This document shows, in pieces, positions 24,401-39,300 of a stretch of 64,000 nt of DNA (position 1 is its first letter; each line of letters starts with the position of its first letter). Under the pieces are notes generated by a model, which made no database searches, was not told the origin of the DNA, and saw nothing but the letters and a program-made list of their open reading frames with translations. Made by a program: the position numbers and the translations under genes. Origin of the DNA: Eledone cirrhosa (Eukaryota); the NCBI GenBank assembly GCA_964016885.1, contig OZ024742.1, forward strand, positions 168,020,001 to 168,084,000. The letters run 5' to 3'.

Positions 24401-26730
24401 ATTAAAAAATCCATTTAAAAAACCCATTAAAAAAATCCATTAAAAAAATCCATTTAAAAATCCATTAAAAAAAATCCATTTAAAAAAACCCATTAAAAAA
24501 AATCCATTAAAAAAATCCATTTAAAAAATCCATAAAAAAAATCCATAAAAAAAATCCATTAAAAAAAATCCATTAAAAAAAAATCCGTTAAAAAAAATCC
24601 ATTAAAAATCCATTAAAAATCCATTAAAAATCCATTAAAAATCCATTAAAAATCCATTTAAAAAAATCCATTAAAAAAATCCATTAAATAAATCCATTTA
24701 AAAAATCCATTAAAAAAAATCCATTAAAAAAAAATCCATTAAAAAAAATCCATTAAAAAAAATCAATTTAAAAAAATCCATTAAAAATCCATTAAAAAAA
24801 TCCATTTAAAAAAATCCATTAAAAACCCATTAAAAATCCATTAAAAAATCCATTTAAAAAACCCATTAAAAAAAATCCATTAAAAAAATCCATTTAAAAA
24901 ATCCATTAAAAAAAAATCCATTAAAAAAAACCATTAAAAAAAATCCATTAAAAAAATCCATTTAAAAAATCCATTAAAAAAAATCCATTAAAAAAAACTC
25001 AATCAAAAACCCATAAAAGAAACATTAAAACAGCATTTAAAAAATCCATTAAAAATCCATTAAAAAAATCCATTTAAAAAATCCATTAAAAAATCCATTA
25101 AAAATCCATTAAAAATCCATTAAAAAATCCATTTAAAAAAATCCATTAAAAAAATCCATTTAAAAAATCCATTAAAAAATCCATTTAAAAAATCCATTAA
25201 TAAAAATCCATTAAAAAAAAACCATTAAAAAATCCATTAAAAAAAATCCCATTAAAAATACATTAAAGGCCCATTAAAAACGCCATAAAAAATCCAAAAA
25301 AATCCATTAAAAAAAAACTCAATCAAAAACCCATAAAAGAAACATTAAAACAGCATTTAAAAAACCCATTAAAAATTCATTAAAAAAAATCCATTTAAAA
25401 AATCCATTAAAAAATCCATTAAAAATCCATTAAAAATCCATTAAAAATCCATTAAAAAACCATTAAAAATCCATTAAAAAATCCATTAAAAAAAATCCAT
25501 TAAAAAAATCCATTAAAAAAATCCATTTAAAAAATCCATTAAAAAAAATCCATAAAAAAAAATCCATTAAAAAAAAATCCATTAAAAAAAATCAATTTAA
25601 AAAAATCCATTAAAAATCCATTAAAAAAATCCATTTAAAAAAATCCATTAAAAACCCATTAAAAATCCATTAAAAATCCATTAAAAATCCATTTAAAAAA
25701 CCCATTAAAAAAATCCATTAAAAAAAACCCATTAAAAAAAATCCATTAAAAAAATCCATTTAAAAAATCCATTAAAAAAAATCCATTAAAAACCCATTAA
25801 AAATCCATTAAAAATCCATTAAAAATCCATTAAAAAATCCAATAAAAAAAAATTCAATCAAAAATCCATAAAAGAAACATTAAAACAGCATTTAAAAAAC
25901 CCATTAAAAATTCATTAAAAAAATCCATTTAAAAAATCCATTAAAAATCCATTAAAAATCCATTAAAAATCCATTAAAAATGCATTAAAAATCCATTAAA
26001 AATCCATTTAAAAAAATCCATTAAAAAAATCCATTAAAAAATCCATTTAAAAAATCCATCAAAAAAAATCCATTAAAAAAAACTCAATCAAAAACCCATA
26101 AAAGAAACATTAAAACAGCATTTAAAAAATCCATTTAAAAAAATCCATTAAAAATCCATTAAAAATCCATTAAAAATCCATTAAAAACCCATTAAAAATC
26201 CATTAAAAATCCATTAAAAAATCCATTTAAAAAAACCGATTAAAAAAAATCCATTAAAAAAAACCATTTAAAAAATCCATTTAAAAAAATCCATTAAAAA
26301 AAACCCATTAAAAAAAATCCATTAAAAAAATCCATTTAAAAATTCCATTAAAAAAAATCCATTAAAAAAAATCCATAAAAAAATCCATTAAAAAAATCCA
26401 TTAAAAAATCCATTAAAAAAAAATCCATTAAAAATCCATTAAAAAAATCCATTAAAAAAATCCATTAAAAAATCCATTAAAAATCCATTAAAAATCCATT
26501 AAAAATCCATTAAAAAATCCATTAAAAAAACCCATTTAAAAAATCCATTAAAAAAATCCATTTAAAAAATCCATTAAAAAAAATCCATTTAAAAAAACCC
26601 ATTAAAAAAAATCCATTAAAAAAATCCATTTAAAAAATCCATTAAAAAAAATCCATTAAAAAAAATCCATAAAAAAAATCCATTAAAAAAAATCCATTAT
26701 AAAAAAATCCGTTAAAAAAAATCCATTAAA
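21460..26730 (+). repeat. Cassette-free satellite domain 1 (monomers and mini-modules; one 3' half-cassette at ~25247)
   Basis: No inverted segment occurs between the cores at 21339 and 26825, against a spacing of 0.5-2.7 kb elsewhere. Confidence 0.88.
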
Positions 26731-29700
26731 AACTCAATCAAAAACCCAATTAAAAGGCCATAAAAGAAACATTAAAACAGCATTTAAAATACCATTAAAA
26801 ACGCCATAAAAAATCATTAAAATTGTTTTTTATGAAATTTATAATATGGCTTTTAATGAACTTTTTAATGGGCTTTTAGAATCATTAAAATCCCATTAAA
26901 AATACATTAAAGGCCCATTAAAAACGCCATAAAAAATCCATTAAAAAAAATCCATTAAAAAAAAATTCAATCAAAAACCCATAAAAGAAACATTAAAACA
27001 GCATTTAAAAAACCCATTAAAAATTCATTAAAAAAATCCATTTAAAAAATCCATTAAAAATCCATTAAAAATCCATTAAAAATCCATTAAAAATCCATTA
27101 AAAAAAAATCCATTAAAAAAATCCATTAAAAAATCCATTTAAAAAATCCATTAAAAAAAATCCATTAAAAAAAACTCAATCAAAAACCCATAAAAGAAAC
27201 ATTAAAACAGCATTTAAAAAATCCATTAAAAAAAATCCATTTAAAAAAATCCATTAAAAAAGCCATTAAAAATCCATTAAAAATCCATTAAAAATCCATT
27301 AAAAATCCATTAAAAATCCATTAAAAATCCATTAAAAAATCCATCTAAAAAAATCCATTAAAAAAATCCATTAAAAAAATTCATTTAAAAAATCCATTAA
27401 AAAAATCCATTTAAAAAATCCATTAAAAAAAATCCATTAAAAAAAATCCATAAAAAAAATCCATTAAAAAAAATCCATTAAAAAAAATCCGTTAAAAAAA
27501 ATCTATTAAAAATCCATTAAAAATCCATTAAAAATCCATTAAAATTCCATTAAAAATCCATTAAAAATCCATTAAAAAATCCATTTAAAAAAATCCATTA
27601 AAAAAATCCATTAAAAAAATCCATTTAAAAAATCCATTAAAAAAAAATCCATTAAAAAAAAATCCATTAAAAAAAAATCCATTAAAAAAAATCCATTAAA
27701 AATCCATTAAAAAAATCCATTTAAAAAAATCCATTAAAAACCCATTAAAAATCCATTAAAAATCCATTAAAAAATCCATTTAAAAAACCCATTAAAAAAA
27801 ATCCATTAAAAAAATCCATTTAAAAAATCCATTAAAAAAATCCATTAAAAAAAATCCATTAAAAAAGTCCATTTAAAAAATCCATTAAAAAAATCCATTA
27901 AAAAAAATCCTTAAAAAAATCCATTAAAAAATCCATTAAAAAAACCCATTAAAAAAATCCATTAAAAAAAATCCATTAAAAAAATCCATTTAAAAAATCC
28001 ATTAAAAAAATCCATTAAAAAAATCCTTAAAATCCATTAAAAAATCCATTAAAAAAATCCATTAAAAATCCATTAAAAAAATCCATTTAAAAAAATCCAT
28101 TAAAAATCCATTAAAAACCCATTAATAATCCATTAAAAATCCATTAAAAATCCATTAAAAAATCCATTTAAAAAACCCATTAAAAAAATCCATAAAAAAA
28201 AATCCACTAAAAAAATCCATTAAAAAAAATCCATTTAAAAAAACCCATTAAAAAAATCCATTAAAAATCCATTAAAAATCCATTAAAAATCCATTAAAAA
28301 TCCATTAAAAATCCATTAAAAAATCCATTTAAAAAAATCCATTAAAAAATTCATTAAAAAAATCCATTTAAAAAATCCATTAAAAAAAATCCATTAAAAA
28401 AACTCAATCAAAAACCCATAAAAGAAACATTAAAACAGCATTTAAAAAATCCATTAAAAAAATCCATTTAAAAAAATCCATTAAAAAATCCATTAAAAAA
28501 TCCATTAAAAATCCATTAAAAATCCATTAAAAATCCATTAAAAATCCATTAAAAATCCATTAAAAATCCATTAAAAATCCATTAAAAAATCCAATTAAAA
28601 AAATCCATTAAAAAAATCCATTAAAAAATCCATTTAAAAAATCCATTAAAAAAAATCCATTAAAAAAAATCCATTAAAAAAAAATCCATTAAAAAAAATC
28701 CATTAAAAAAAAAATCCGTTAAAAAAATCCATTAAAAACTCAATCAAAAACCCAATTAAAAGGCCATAAAAGAAACATTAAAACAGCATTTAAAATACCA
28801 TTAAAAACGCCATAAAAAATCATTAAAATTCTTTTTTATGAAATTTATAATATGGCTTTTAATGAACTTTTTAATGGGCTTTTAGAATCATTAAAATCCC
28901 ATTAAAAATACATTAAAGGCCCATTAAAAACGCCATAAAAAATCCATTAAAAAAAATCCATTAAAAAAAAATTCAATCAAAAACCCATAAAAGAAACATT
29001 AAAACGGCATTTAAAAAACCCATTAAAAATTCATTAAAAAAATCCATTTAAAAAATCCATTAAAAATCCATTAAAAATCCATTAAAAATCCATTAAAAAT
29101 CCATTAAAAAAAAATCCATTAAAAAAATCCATTAAAAAATCCATTTAAAAAATCCATTAAAAAAAATCCATTAAAAAAAACTCAATCAAAAACCCATAAA
29201 AGAAACATTAAAACAGCATTTAAAAAATCCATTAAAAAAAATCCATTTAAAAAAATCCATTAAAAAAGCCATTAAAAATCCATTAAAAATCCATTAAAAA
29301 TCCATTAAAAATCCATTAAAAATCCATTAAAAAAAATCCGTTAAAAAAAATCTATTAAAAATCCATTAAAAATCCATTAAAAATCCATTAAAAATCCATT
29401 AAAAATCCATTAAAAATCCATTAAAAAATCCATTTAAAAAAATCCATTAAAAAAATCCATTAAAAAAATCCATTTAAAAAATCCATTAAAAAAAATCCAT
29501 TAAAAAAAAATCCATTAAAAAAAAAATCCATTAAAAAAAATCAATTTAAAAAAATCCATTAAAAATCCATTAAAAAAATCCATTTAAAAAAATCCATTAA
29601 AAACCCATTAAAAATCCATTAGAAATCCATTAAAAAATCCATTTAAAAAACCCATTAAAAAAAATCCATTAAAAAAATCCATTTAAAAAATCCATTAAAA

Positions 29701-30224
29701 AAATCCATTAAAAAAAATCCATTAAAAAAATCCATTTAAAAAATCCATTAAAAAAATCCATTAAAAAAAATCCTTAAAAAAATCCATTAAAAAAATCCAT
29801 TAAAAAAATCCATTAAAAAAATCCATTAAAAAAATCCATTAAAAAAAATCCATTAAAAAAATCCATTTAAAAAATCCATTAAAAAAATCCATTAAAAAAA
29901 TCCTTAAAATCCATTAAAAAAATCCATTAAAAAAATCCATTAAAAATCCATTAAAAAAAGCCATTAAAAAAAATCCATTAAAAATCCATTAAAAACCCAT
30001 TAATAATCCATTAAAAATCCATTAAAAATCCATTAAAAAATCCATTTAAAAAACCCATTAAAAAAATCCATAAAAAAAAATCCATTAAAAAAATCCATTA
30101 AAAAAAATCCATTTAAAAAACCCATTAAAAAAATACATTAAAAAAATCCATTTAAAAAATCCATTAAAAAAATCCATTAAAAAAAAATCCATAAAAAAAA
30201 TCCATTAAAAAAAATCCATTAAAA

Positions 30225-33200
30225 CTCAATCAAAAACCCAATTAAAAGGCCATAAAAGAAACATTAAAACAGCATTTAAAATACCATTAAAAACGCCATA
30301 AAAAATCATTAAAATCCCATTAAAAATACATTAAAGGCACATTAAAAACGCCATAAAAAATCCATTAAAAAAAACTCAATCAAAAACCCATAAAAGAAAC
30401 ATTAAAACAGCATTTAAAAAACCCATTAAAAATTCATTAAAAAAATCCATTTAAAAAATCCATTAAAAATCCATTAAAATCCATTAAAAATCCATTAAAA
30501 ATCCATTAAAAGTCCATTAAAAATTCATTAAAAAATCCATTTAAAAAAATCCATTAAAAAAATCCATTAAAAAATCCATTTAAAAAATCCATTAAAAAAA
30601 ATCCATTAAAAAAAATCCATAAAAAAATCCATTAAAAAAAAATCCATTAAAAATCCATTAAAAAAATCCATTTAAAAAATCCATTAAAAAATCCATTAAA
30701 AATCCATTAAAAATCCATTAAAAATCCATTAAAAAATCCATTAAAAAAACCCATTTAAAAAATCCATTAAAAAAATCCATTTAAAAAATCCATTAAAAAA
30801 AATCCATTTAAAAAAACCCATTAAAAAAAATCCATTAAAAAAATCCATTTAAAAAATCCAGTAAAAAAAATCCATTAAAAAAAATCCATAAAAAAAATCC
30901 ATTAAAAAAAATTCATTAAAAAAAAATCCGTTAAAAAAAATCCATTAAAAACTCAATCAAAAACCCAATTAAAAGGCCATAAAAGAAATATTAAAACAGC
31001 ATTTAAAATACCATTAAAAACGCCATAAAAAATCATTAAAATTGTTTTTTATGAAATTTATAATATGGCTTTTAATGAACTTTTTAATGGGCTTTTAGAA
31101 TCATTAAAATCCCATTAAAAATACATTAAAGGCCCATTAAAAACGCCATAAAAAATCCATTAAAAAAAATCCATTAAAAAAAAACTCAATCAAAAACCCA
31201 TAAAAGAAACATTAAAACAGCATTTAAAAAATCCATTAAAAAAAATCCATTTAAAAAAATCCATTAAAAAAGCCATTAAAAATCCATTAAAAATCCATTA
31301 AAAATCCATTAAAAATCCATTAAAAATCCATTAAAATCCATTAAAAATCCATTAAAAATCCATTAAAAAATCCATCTAAAAAAATCCATTAAAAAAATCC
31401 ATTAAAAAAATTCATTTAAAAAATCCATTAAAAAAATCCATTTAAAAAATCCATTAAAAAAAATCCATTAAAAAAAATCCATAAAAAAAATCCATTAAAA
31501 AAAATCCATTAAAAAAAATCCGTTAAAAAAATCTATTAAAAATCCATTAAAAATCCATTAAAAATCCATTAAAATTCCATTAAAAATCCATTAAAAATCC
31601 ATTAAAAAATCCATTTAAAAAAATCCATTAAAAAAATCCATTAAAAAAATCCATTTAAAAAATCCATTAAAAAAAAATCCATTAAAAAAAAATCCATTAA
31701 AAAAAAATCCATTAAAAAAAATCCATTAAAAATCCATTAAAAAAATCCATTTAAAAAAATCCATTAAAAACCCATTAAAAATCCATTAAAAATCCATTAA
31801 AAAATCCATTTAAAAAACCCATTAAAAAAAATCCATTAAAAAAATCCATTTAAAAAATCCATTAAAAAAATCCATTAAAAAAAATCCATTAAAAAAGTCC
31901 ATTTAAAAAATCCATTAAAAAAATCCATTAAAAAAAATCCTTAAAAAAATCCATTAAAAAAATCCATTAAAAAAATCCATTAAAAAAATCCATTAAAAAA
32001 AATCCATTAAAAAAATCCATTTAAAAAATCCATTAAAAAAATCCATTAAAAAAATCCTTAAAATCCATTAAAAAAATCCATTAAAAAAATCCATTAAAAA
32101 AATCCATTAAAAATCCATTAAAAAAATCCATTTAAAAAAATCCATTAAAAATCCATTAAAAACCCATTAATAATCCATTAAAAATCCATTAAAAATCCAT
32201 TAAAAAATCCATTTAAAAAACCCATTAAAAAAATCCATAAAAAAAAATCCACTAAAAAAATCCATTAAAAAAAATCCATTTAAAAAAACCCATTAAAAAA
32301 ATCCATTAAAAATCCATTAAAAATCCATTAAAAATCCATTAAAAATCCATTAAAAATCCATTAAAAAATCCAATTAAAAAAATCCATTAAAAAAATCCAT
32401 TAAAAAATCCATTTAAAAAATCCATTAAAAAAAATCCATTAAAAAAAATCCATTAAAAAAAAATCCATTAAAAAAAATCCATTAAAAAAAAAATCCGTTA
32501 AAAAAATCCATTAAAAACTCAATCAAAAACCCAATTAAAAGGCCATAAAAGAAACATTAAAACAGCATTTAAAATACCATTAAAAACGCCATAAAAAATC
32601 ATTAAAATTGTTTTTTATGAAATTTATAATATGGCTTTTAATGAACTTTTTAATGGGCTTTTAGAATCATTAAAATCCCATTAAAAATACATTAAAGGCC
32701 CATTAAAAACGCCATAAAAAATCCATTAAAAAAAATCCATTAAAAAAAAATTCAATCAAAAACCCATAAAAGAAACATTAAAACGGCATTTAAAAAACCC
32801 ATTAAAAATTCATTAAAAAAATCCATTTAAAAAATCCATTAAAAATCCATTAAAAATCCATTAAAAATCCATTAAAAATCCATTAAAAAAAATCCATTAA
32901 AAAAATCCATTAAAAAATCCATTTAAAAAATCCATTAAAAAAAATCCATTAAAAAAAACTCAATCAAAAACCCATAAAAGAAACATTAAAACATCATTTA
33001 AAAAATCCATTAAAAAAAATCCATTAAAAAAAATCCATTAAAAAAGCCATTAAAAATCCATTAAAAATCCATTAAAAATCCATTAAAAATCCATTAAAAA
33101 TCCATTAAAAATCCATTAAAAATCCATTAAAAAATCCATCTAAAAAAATCCATTAAAAAAATCCATTAAAAAAATTCATTTAAAAAATCCATAAAAAAAA

Positions 33201-36200
33201 TCCATTAAAAAAAATCCATTAAAAAAAAATCCATTAAAAAAAATCCATTAAAAAAAAAATCCGTTAAAAAAATCCATTAAAAACTCAATTAAAAACCCAA
33301 TTAAAAGGCCATAAAAGAAACATTAAAACAGCATTTAAAATACCATTAAAAACGCCATAAAAAATCATTAAAATTCTTTTTTATGAAATTTATAATATGG
33401 CTTTTAATGAACTTTTTAATGGGCTTTTAGAATCATTAAAATCCCATTAAAAATACATTAAAGGCCCATTAAAAACGCCATAAAAAATCCATTAAAAAAA
33501 ATCCATTAAAAAAAAATTCAATCAAAAACCCATAAAAGAAACATTAAAACGGCATTTAAAAAACCCATTAAAAATTCATTAAAAAAAATCCATTTAAAAA
33601 ATCCATTAAAAATCCATTAAAAATCCATTAAAAATCCATTAAAAATCCATTAAAAAAAATCCATTAAAAAAATCCATTAAAAAATCCATTTAAAAAATCC
33701 ATTAAAAAAAATCCATTAAAAAAATCCATTAAAAAAATCCATTAAAAAAAATCCATTAAAAAAAAATCCATAATAAAAATCCATTAAAAAAAATCCATTA
33801 AAAAAAATCCGTTAAAAAAAATCTATTAAAAACCCATTAAAAATCCATTAAAAATCCATTAAAAATCCATTAAAAATCCATTAAAAATCCATTAAAAAAT
33901 CTATTTAAAAAAATCCATTAAAAAAATCCATTAAAAAAATCCATTTAAAAAATCCATTAAAAAAAATCCATTAAAAAAAAATCCATTAAAAAAAAATCCA
34001 TTAAAAAAAATCAATTTAAAAAAATCCATTAAAAATCCATTAAAAAATCCATTTAAAAAAATCCATTAAAAACCCATTAAAAATCCATTAGAAATCCATT
34101 AAAAAATCCATTTAAAAAACCCATTAAAAAAAATCCATTAAAAAAATCCATTTAAAAAATCCATTAAAAAAATCCATTAAAAAAAATCCATTAAAAAAAT
34201 CCATTTAAAAAATCCATTAAAAAAATCCATTAAAAAAAATCCTTAAAAAAATCCATTAAAAAAATCCATTAAAAAAATCCATTTAAAAAATCCATTAAAA
34301 AAATCCATTAAAAAAATCCTTAAAATCCATTAAAAAAATCCATTAAAAAAATCCATTAAAAAAATCCATTTAAAAAAATCCATTAAAAATCCATTAAAAA
34401 CCCATTAATAATCCATTAAAAATCCATTAAAAAAATCCATAAAAAAAATCCATTTAAAAAAATCCATTAAAAATCCATTAAAAACCCATTAATAATCCAT
34501 TAAAAATCCATTAAAAAAATCCATAAAAAAAAATCCATTAAAAAAATCCATTAAAAAAAATCCATTTAAAAAAACCCATTAAAAAAATCCATAAAAAAAA
34601 TCCATTAAAAAAAAGCCATTAAAAAAAATCCATTAAAAACTCAATCAAAAACCCAATTAAAAGGCCATAAAAGAAACATTAAAACAGCATTTAAAATACC
34701 ATTAAAAACGCCATAAAAAATCATTAAAATCCCATTAAAAATACATTAAAGGCCCATTAAAAACGCCATAAAAAATCCATTAAAAAAAACTCAATCAAAA
34801 ACCCATAAAAGAAACATTAAAACAGCATTTAAAAAACCCATTAAAAATTCATTAAAAAAATCCATTTAAAAAATCCATTAAAAATCCATTAAAAATCCAT
34901 TAAAAATCCATTAAAAATCCATTAAAAATTCATTAAAAAATCCATTTAAAAAAATCCATTAAAAAATCCATTTAAAAAATCCATTAAAAAAAATCCATTA
35001 AAAAAAATCCATAAAAAAATCCATTAAAATAATCCATTAAAAAATCCATTAAAAAAAAATCCATTAAAAAAACATTTAAAAAATCCATTAAAAAAATCCA
35101 TTTAAAAAATCCATTAAAAAAATCCATTTAAAAAAACCCATTAAAAAAAATCCATTAAAAAAATCCATTTAAAAAATCCAGTAAAAAAAATCCATTAAAA
35201 AAAATCCATAAAAAAAATCCATTAAAAAAAATCCATAAAAAAAATCCATTAAAAAAAATTCATTAAAAAAAAATCCGTTAAAAAAAATCCATTAAAAACT
35301 CAATCAAAAACCCAATTAAAAGGCCATAAAAGAAACATTAAAACAGCATTTAAAATACCATTAAAAACGCCATAAAAAATCATTAAAATTGTTTTTTATG
35401 AAATTTATAATATGGCTTTTAATGAACTTTTTAATGGGCTTTTAGAATCATTAAAATCCCATTAAAAATACATTAAAGGCCCATTAAAAACGCCATAAAA
35501 AATCCATTAAAAAAAATCCATTAAAAAAAAATTCAATCAAAAACCCATAAAAGAAACATTAAAACAGCATTTAAAAAACCCATTAAAAATTCATTAAAAA
35601 AATCCATTTAAAAAATCCATTAAAAATCCATTAAAAATCCATTAAAAATCCATTAAAAATCCATTAAAAATCCATTAAAAAAAATCCATTAAAAAAATCC
35701 ATTAAAAAAATCCATTTAAAAAATCGATTAAAAAAAATCCATTAAAAAAAATCCATTAAAAAAAATCCATTAAAAAAATCCATTAAAAAAAAAATCCGTT
35801 AAAAAAATCCATTAAAAACTCAATCAAAAACCCAATTAAAAGGCCATAAAAGAAACATTAAAACAGCATTTAAAATACCATTAAAAACGCCATAAAAAAT
35901 CATTAAAATTCTTTTTTATGAAATTTATAATATGGCTTTTAATGAACTTTTTAATGGGCTTTTAGAATCATTAAAATCCCATTAAAAATACATTAAAGGC
36001 CCATTAAAAACGCCATAAAAAATCCATTAAAAAAAATCCATTAAAAAAAATCCATTAAAAAAAACTCAATCAAAAACCCATAAAAGAAACATTAAAACAG
36101 CATTTAAAAAATCCATTAAAAAAAAATCCATTTAAAAAAATCCATTAAAAAAGCCATTAAAAATCCATTAAAAATCCATTAAAAATCCATTAAAAATCCA

Positions 36201-36330
36201 TTAAAAATCCATTAAAAATCCATTAAAAATCCATTAAAAATCCATTAAAAAATCCATTAAAAAATCCATTAAAAAATCCATTAAAAAAATCCATTTAAAA
36301 AATCCATTAAAAAAATCCATTTAAAAAATC
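30225..36330 (+). repeat. ~6-kb dispersed duplicate of 15656-21760 (a third, more diverged copy at ~43747-49200)
   Basis: Same order of cassettes and rare markers: CCAGT+AGAAATATT, CCACT, CCAATT, AACATCATTT, TAGAAA, TAATAATCC, and TCGATT at 21151/35724/48598. Offset is about 14.55 kb with small indels. Confidence 0.82.
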
Positions 36331-39300
36331 CATTAAAAAAAATCCATTAAAAAAAATTTCATTAAAAAAAGCCATTAAAAAAAATCCATTAAAAAAAAAT
36401 CCGTTAAAAAAATTCATTAAAAATCAATTAAAAAATCCATTAAAAAAAAATCCATTAAAAATCCATTAAAAAAATCCATTTAAAAAATCCATTAAAAAAT
36501 CCATTAAAGATCCATTAAAAATCCATTAAAAATCCATTAAAAAATCCATTAAAAAAACCCATTTAAAAAATCCATTAAAAAAATCCATTTAAAAAATCCA
36601 TTAAAAAAAATCCATTTAAAAAAACCCATTACAAAAAATCCATTAAAAAAAATCCATTAAAAAAAATCCATAAAAAAAATCCATTAAAAAAAATCCATTA
36701 AAAAAAAATCCGTTAAAAAAAATCCATTAAAAACTCAATCAAACACCCAATTAAAAGGCCATAAAAGAAACATTAAAACAGCATTTAAAATACCATTAAA
36801 AACGCCATAAAAAAATCATTAAAATTGTTTTATATGAAATTTATAATATGGCTTTTAATGAACTTTTTAATGGGCTTTTAGAATCATTAAAATCCCATTA
36901 AAAATACATTAAAGGCCCATTAAAAACGCCATAAAAAATCCATTAAAAAAAATCCATTAAAAAAAAATTCAATCAAAAACCCATAAAAGAAACATTAAAA
37001 CAGCATTTAAAAAACCCATTAAAAATTCATTAAAAAAATCCATTTAAAAAATCCATTAAAAATCCATTAAAAATCCATTAAAAATCCATTAAAAATCCAT
37101 TAAAATCCATTAAAAATCCATTAAAAAAAAATCCATTAAAAAAATCCATTAAAAAAATCCATTTAAAAAATCCATTAAAAAAAATCCATTAAAAAAATCC
37201 ATTAAAAAAAAATCCATTAAAAAAAATCCATTAAAAAAAAAATCCGTTAAAAAAATCCATTAAAAACTCAATCAAAAACCCAATTAAAAGGCCATAAAAG
37301 AAACATTAAAACAGCATTTAAAATACCATTAAAAACGCCATAAAAAATCATTAAAATTCTTTTTTATGAAATTTATAATATGGCTTTTAATGAACTTTTT
37401 AATGGGCTTTTAGAATCATTAAAATCCCATTAAAAATACATTAAAGGCCCATTAAAAACGCCATAAAAAATCCATTAAAAAAAATCCATTAAAAAAAAAT
37501 TCAATCAAAAACCCATAAAAGAAACATTAAAACGGCATTTAAAAAACCCATTAAAAATTCATTAAAAAAATCCATTTAAAAAATCCATTAAAAATCCATT
37601 AAAAATCCATTAAAAATCCATTAAAAATCCATTAAAAATCCATTAAAAAAAAATCCATTAAAAAAATCCATTAAAAAAATCCATTAAAAAAGCCATTAAA
37701 AATCCATTAAAAATCCATTAAAAATCCATTAAAAATCCATTAAAAATCCATTAAAAATCCATTAAAAAATCCATCTAAAAAAATCCATTAAAAAAATCCA
37801 TTAAAAAATTCATTTAAAAAATCCATTAAAAAAATCCATTTAAAAAATCCATTAAAAAAATCCATTTAAAAAATCCATTAAAAAAAATCCATTAAAAAAA
37901 ACTCAATCAAAAACCCATAAAAGAAACATTAAAACAGCATTTAAAAAATCCATTAAAAAAAAATCCATTAAAAAAAATCCATTAAAAAAGCCATTAAAAA
38001 TCCATTAAAAATCCATTAAAAATCCATTAAAAATCCATTAAAAATCCATTAAAAATCCATTAAAAATCCATTAAAAAATCCATTAAAAAAATCCATTTAA
38101 AAAATCCATTAAAAAAATCCATTTAAAAAATCCATTAAAAAAATCCATTTAAAAAATCCATTAAAAAAAATCCATTAAAAAAAATCCATTAAAAAAAGCC
38201 ATTAAAAAAAATCCATTAAAAAAAAATCCGTTAAAAAAAATTCATTAAAAATCCATTAAAAATCCATTAAAAATCCATTAAAAATTCATTAAAAAATCCA
38301 TTTAAAAAAATCCATTAAAAAAATCCATTAAAAAATCCATTTAAAAATTCCATTAAAAAAATCCATTAAAAAAAATCCATAAAAAAATACATTAAAAAAA
38401 TCCATTAAAAAATCCATTAAAAAAAAATCCATTAAAAATCCATTAAAAAAATCCATTTAAAAAATCCATTAAAAAATCCATTAAAAATCCATTAAAAATC
38501 CATTAAAAATCCATTAAAAAATCCATTAAAAAAACCCATTTAAAAAATCCATTAAAAAAATCCATTTAAAAAATCCATTAAAAAAAATCCATTTAAAAAA
38601 ACCCATTAAAAAAAATCCATTAAAAAAATCCATTTAAAAAATCCATTAAAAAAAATCCATTAAAAAAAATCCATAAAAAAAATCCATTAAAAAAAATCCA
38701 TTATAAAAAAATCCGTTAAAAAAAATCCATTAAAAACTCAATCAAAAACCCAATTAAAAGGCCATAAAAGAAACATTAAAACAGCATTTAAAATACCATT
38801 AAAAACGCCATAAAAAATCATTAAAATTGTTTTTTATGAAATTTATAATATGGCTTTTAATGAACTTTTTAATGGGCTTTTAGAATCATTAAAATCCCAT
38901 TAAAAATACATTAAAGGCCCATTAAAAACGCCATAAAAAATCCATTAAAAAAATCCATTAAAAAAAAATTCAATCAAAAACCCATAAAAGAAACATTAAA
39001 ACAGCATTTAAAAAACCCATTAAAAATTCATTAAAAAAATCCATTTAAAAAATCCATTAAAAATCCATTAAAAATCCATTAAAAATCCATTAAAAATCCA
39101 TTAAAAAAAATCCATTAAAAAAATCCATTAAAAAATCCATTTAAAAAATCCATTAAAAAAAATCCATTAAAAAAAACTCAATCAAAAACCCATAAAAGAA
39201 ACATTAAAACAGCATTTAAAAAATCCATTAAAAAAAAATCCATTTAAAAAAATCCATTAAAAAAGCCATTAAAAATCCATTAAAAATCCATTAAAAATCC

